Shown here piece by piece: positions 62,726 through 64,000 of a stretch of 64,000 nucleotides of DNA (within the stretch, counting starts at the first letter, position 1; every line of letters begins with the position of its first letter). Position numbers and translations under genes: made by a program. This stretch comes from Desulfobacterales bacterium. GTDB taxonomy: Bacteria; Desulfobacterota; Desulfobacteria; Desulfobacterales; SpSt-501. The notes beneath the pieces were generated by a model that did no database searches, was not told the DNA's origin, and saw nothing but the letters and a program-made list of their open reading frames with translations. The DNA lies in assembly GCA_030834695.1 (NCBI GenBank), contig JAUQXK010000089.1:192174-256173 (forward strand). The letters run 5' to 3'.

Positions 62726-63380
62726 ATCCCACTCCGCGCACGGTGTGGATCAACTTGACCGGGTGGTCCTTGTCGATTTTCTCCCGCAGTTTGTAGATCC
62801 GGGACTCCACCACATTGGTCTGGGGGTCGAAATGGTAGTCCCATACGTTTTCCATGATCATGGTTTTCGAGACCACCCGGCCGGCGTTCCGCAGCAGGTA
62901 CTCTAACAGCGAGAATTCCAGAGGTTGCAGTTCGATCCGGCGGTCCTCCCGAAAAACCTCGCGGGTGAGCAGGTTCATGGAAAGGTCGGCCAGGGAAAGC
63001 CTTGTGGGTTCGGGCGCTTCGGTGTGGCGTCGGATCAGGGCCTGAATCCGGGCCAGCAACTCGGAAAAAGCGAAGGGCTTGGCCAGGTAGTCGTCCGCTC
63101 CGGTCTGAAGCCCCTTCACCCGGTCTTCCACCGTTCCCCTGGCACTCAGAACAATCACCGGCGTATTCACCTTCTCCCGTCGCAGGGTCTGGATCAGATC
63201 GAGACCGTTCAACTTGGGCAGCATGACGTCCACAACGACGGCCGCGTAGGGCTCGGTCAAGGCGAGGTCCAGGCCCTGCTCGCCGTCGGCGGAATGGTCT
63301 ACGGCAAAACCCTCGGCCCTCAGGCCCTTCAGGATAAACGAGGCGATCTTGGGGTCGTCCTCGACGAGGAGAATGCGCAT
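62703..63380 (-). CDS. OmpR/PhoB-family response regulator (CusR-like)
   Basis: MRILLVEDD, VVVDVMLPKLNG, GADDYLAKPFAFSELLAR, winged-helix C-terminus TVRGVGYVL. Confidence 0.93.
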   Translation of the reverse strand: MRILLVEDDPKIASFILKGLRAEGFAVDHSADGEQGLDLALTEPYAAVVVDVMLPKLNGLDLIQTLRREKVNTPVIVLSARGTVEDRVKGLQTGADDYLAKPFAFSELLARIQALIRRHTEAPEPTRLSLADLSMNLLTREVFREDRRIELQPLEFSLLEYLLRNAGRVVSKTMIMENVWDYHFDPQTNVVESRIYKLREKIDKDHPVKLIHTVRGVGYVLKASD

Positions 63381-63448
63381 GGTCCTTGGTGGTTGGGTAG
63401 TAGGTTTTTAGGTGTTTGTGTCTGGTGTTGAGCTTTTTGCTTCGGCGA

Positions 63449-63547
63449 CAAGATGCTGGATACGAGATACGGGATGCTTGATGAAAAACCATGCCCCCTT
63501 ATTTTTTATCCAGTATCGCGCATCCAGTATCCCGTATCGCTTCATCC
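63449..63547. repeat. cluster of 10-nt GATACNGGAT-type words in opposite orientations upstream of the response-regulator gene
   Basis: GGATACGAGATACGGGAT (63458-63475) on one strand. ATCCAGTATC x2 and ATCCCGTATC (63508-63538) on the other. Confidence 0.5.
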
Positions 63548-64000
63548 GTTGCATCGCCCGGCCATCGCCACCCAGCCCTCTTTCTGCCGGATTTCGAGAA
63601 TATCAAAACCCTTGCCCATCATATGGTCGATGACGAGGTCCTTGCCTTGTTCGATGATCCCCGAGCAGATGAATATGCCGCCGGGTTTGAGCAGGCGCGC
63701 GACGTCGCCGAGCAGTTCGATGACGACATGGGTGAGGATGTTGGCGGCCACCAGATCGAACCGGCCCCGGAACGGTGCGGCCAAGGATCCCTGGGCCAGG
63801 CAGACCCGGCGCCGTTCGATCCCGTTGCGCCGCAGGTTTTCGGCCGCAACGCGCACGGCCATCTCGTCGCGGTCTCCGCCGCACAGCTGCCCTGCTCCGA
63901 GCTTGGCCGCGGCCAGCAGGAGGATGCCCGAACCGGTGCCGATGTCCAGAAACGAGTCGCCGGTTTTCAGGTGGCGCTCGATCAACTGCACGCAGAGGGC
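63542..64000 (-). CDS. prmA: ribosomal protein L11 methyltransferase (PrmA), N-terminus beyond window end
   Basis: The frame is open to position 64000 (ALCVQLIERHL...). DIGTGSGILLLAA, VAANIL, LKPGGIFICSGI, C-terminal GWVAMAG. Confidence 0.8.
   Translation of the reverse strand, partial: ALCVQLIERHLKTGDSFLDIGTGSGILLLAAAKLGAGQLCGGDRDEMAVRVAAENLRRNGIERRRVCLAQGSLAAPFRGRFDLVAANILTHVVIELLGDVARLLKPGGIFICSGIIEQGKDLVIDHMMGKGFDILEIRQKEGWVAMAGRCNG

Overview
High-GC chromosomal segment that looks like a sulfate-reducing deltaproteobacterium (Desulfobacterota); this is mostly core genome, not an obvious accessory island. All family calls rest on motif recognition by eye, with no database search. Long antisense 'shadow' ORFs are common at this GC content and were discarded.

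**Main locus.** The centre is a dissimilatory sulfite reductase locus, dsrA-dsrB-dsrD-dsrN, followed by a PrmA-like methyltransferase. Convergent with it are a tetraheme cytochrome c3 and tatC-tatA/B.

**Other content:**
- Glucan metabolism: a >1025-aa GH13/debranching fusion missing from the ORF track, a eukaryote-type UGPase, and glucokinase.
- A c-di-AMP cyclase fused to YbbR domains.
- Amino-acid metabolism: ilvE, a dapA-family gene, gdh, a liv ABC operon, and tdh-kbl.
- Three two-component systems.
- A DUF748 giant protein plus CreA, aldo/keto reductases, an orphan YcaO, and a YeiH-family transporter operon.

**Most notable observations:**
1. An MsrA gene has an in-frame TGA exactly at the catalytic Cys codon, followed by a SECIS-like hairpin. 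This is a probable secreted selenoprotein that the ORF track splits in two.
2. A close sigma54 -24/-12 promoter match lies in front of a small internally duplicated Cys-rich ORF. That ORF sits upstream of gdh and an HK/sigma54-activator pair.
3. A MITE-like element with imperfect terminal inverted repeats and TA flanks occurs in three size variants.
4. Inverted 38-nt repeats bracket the dsr block.
5. A 124-nt rod-like RNA structure abuts the SD of the dapA-family gene, with a strand-specific G-U pair.
6. There are several decayed gene remnants and a low-GC aminotransferase gene.
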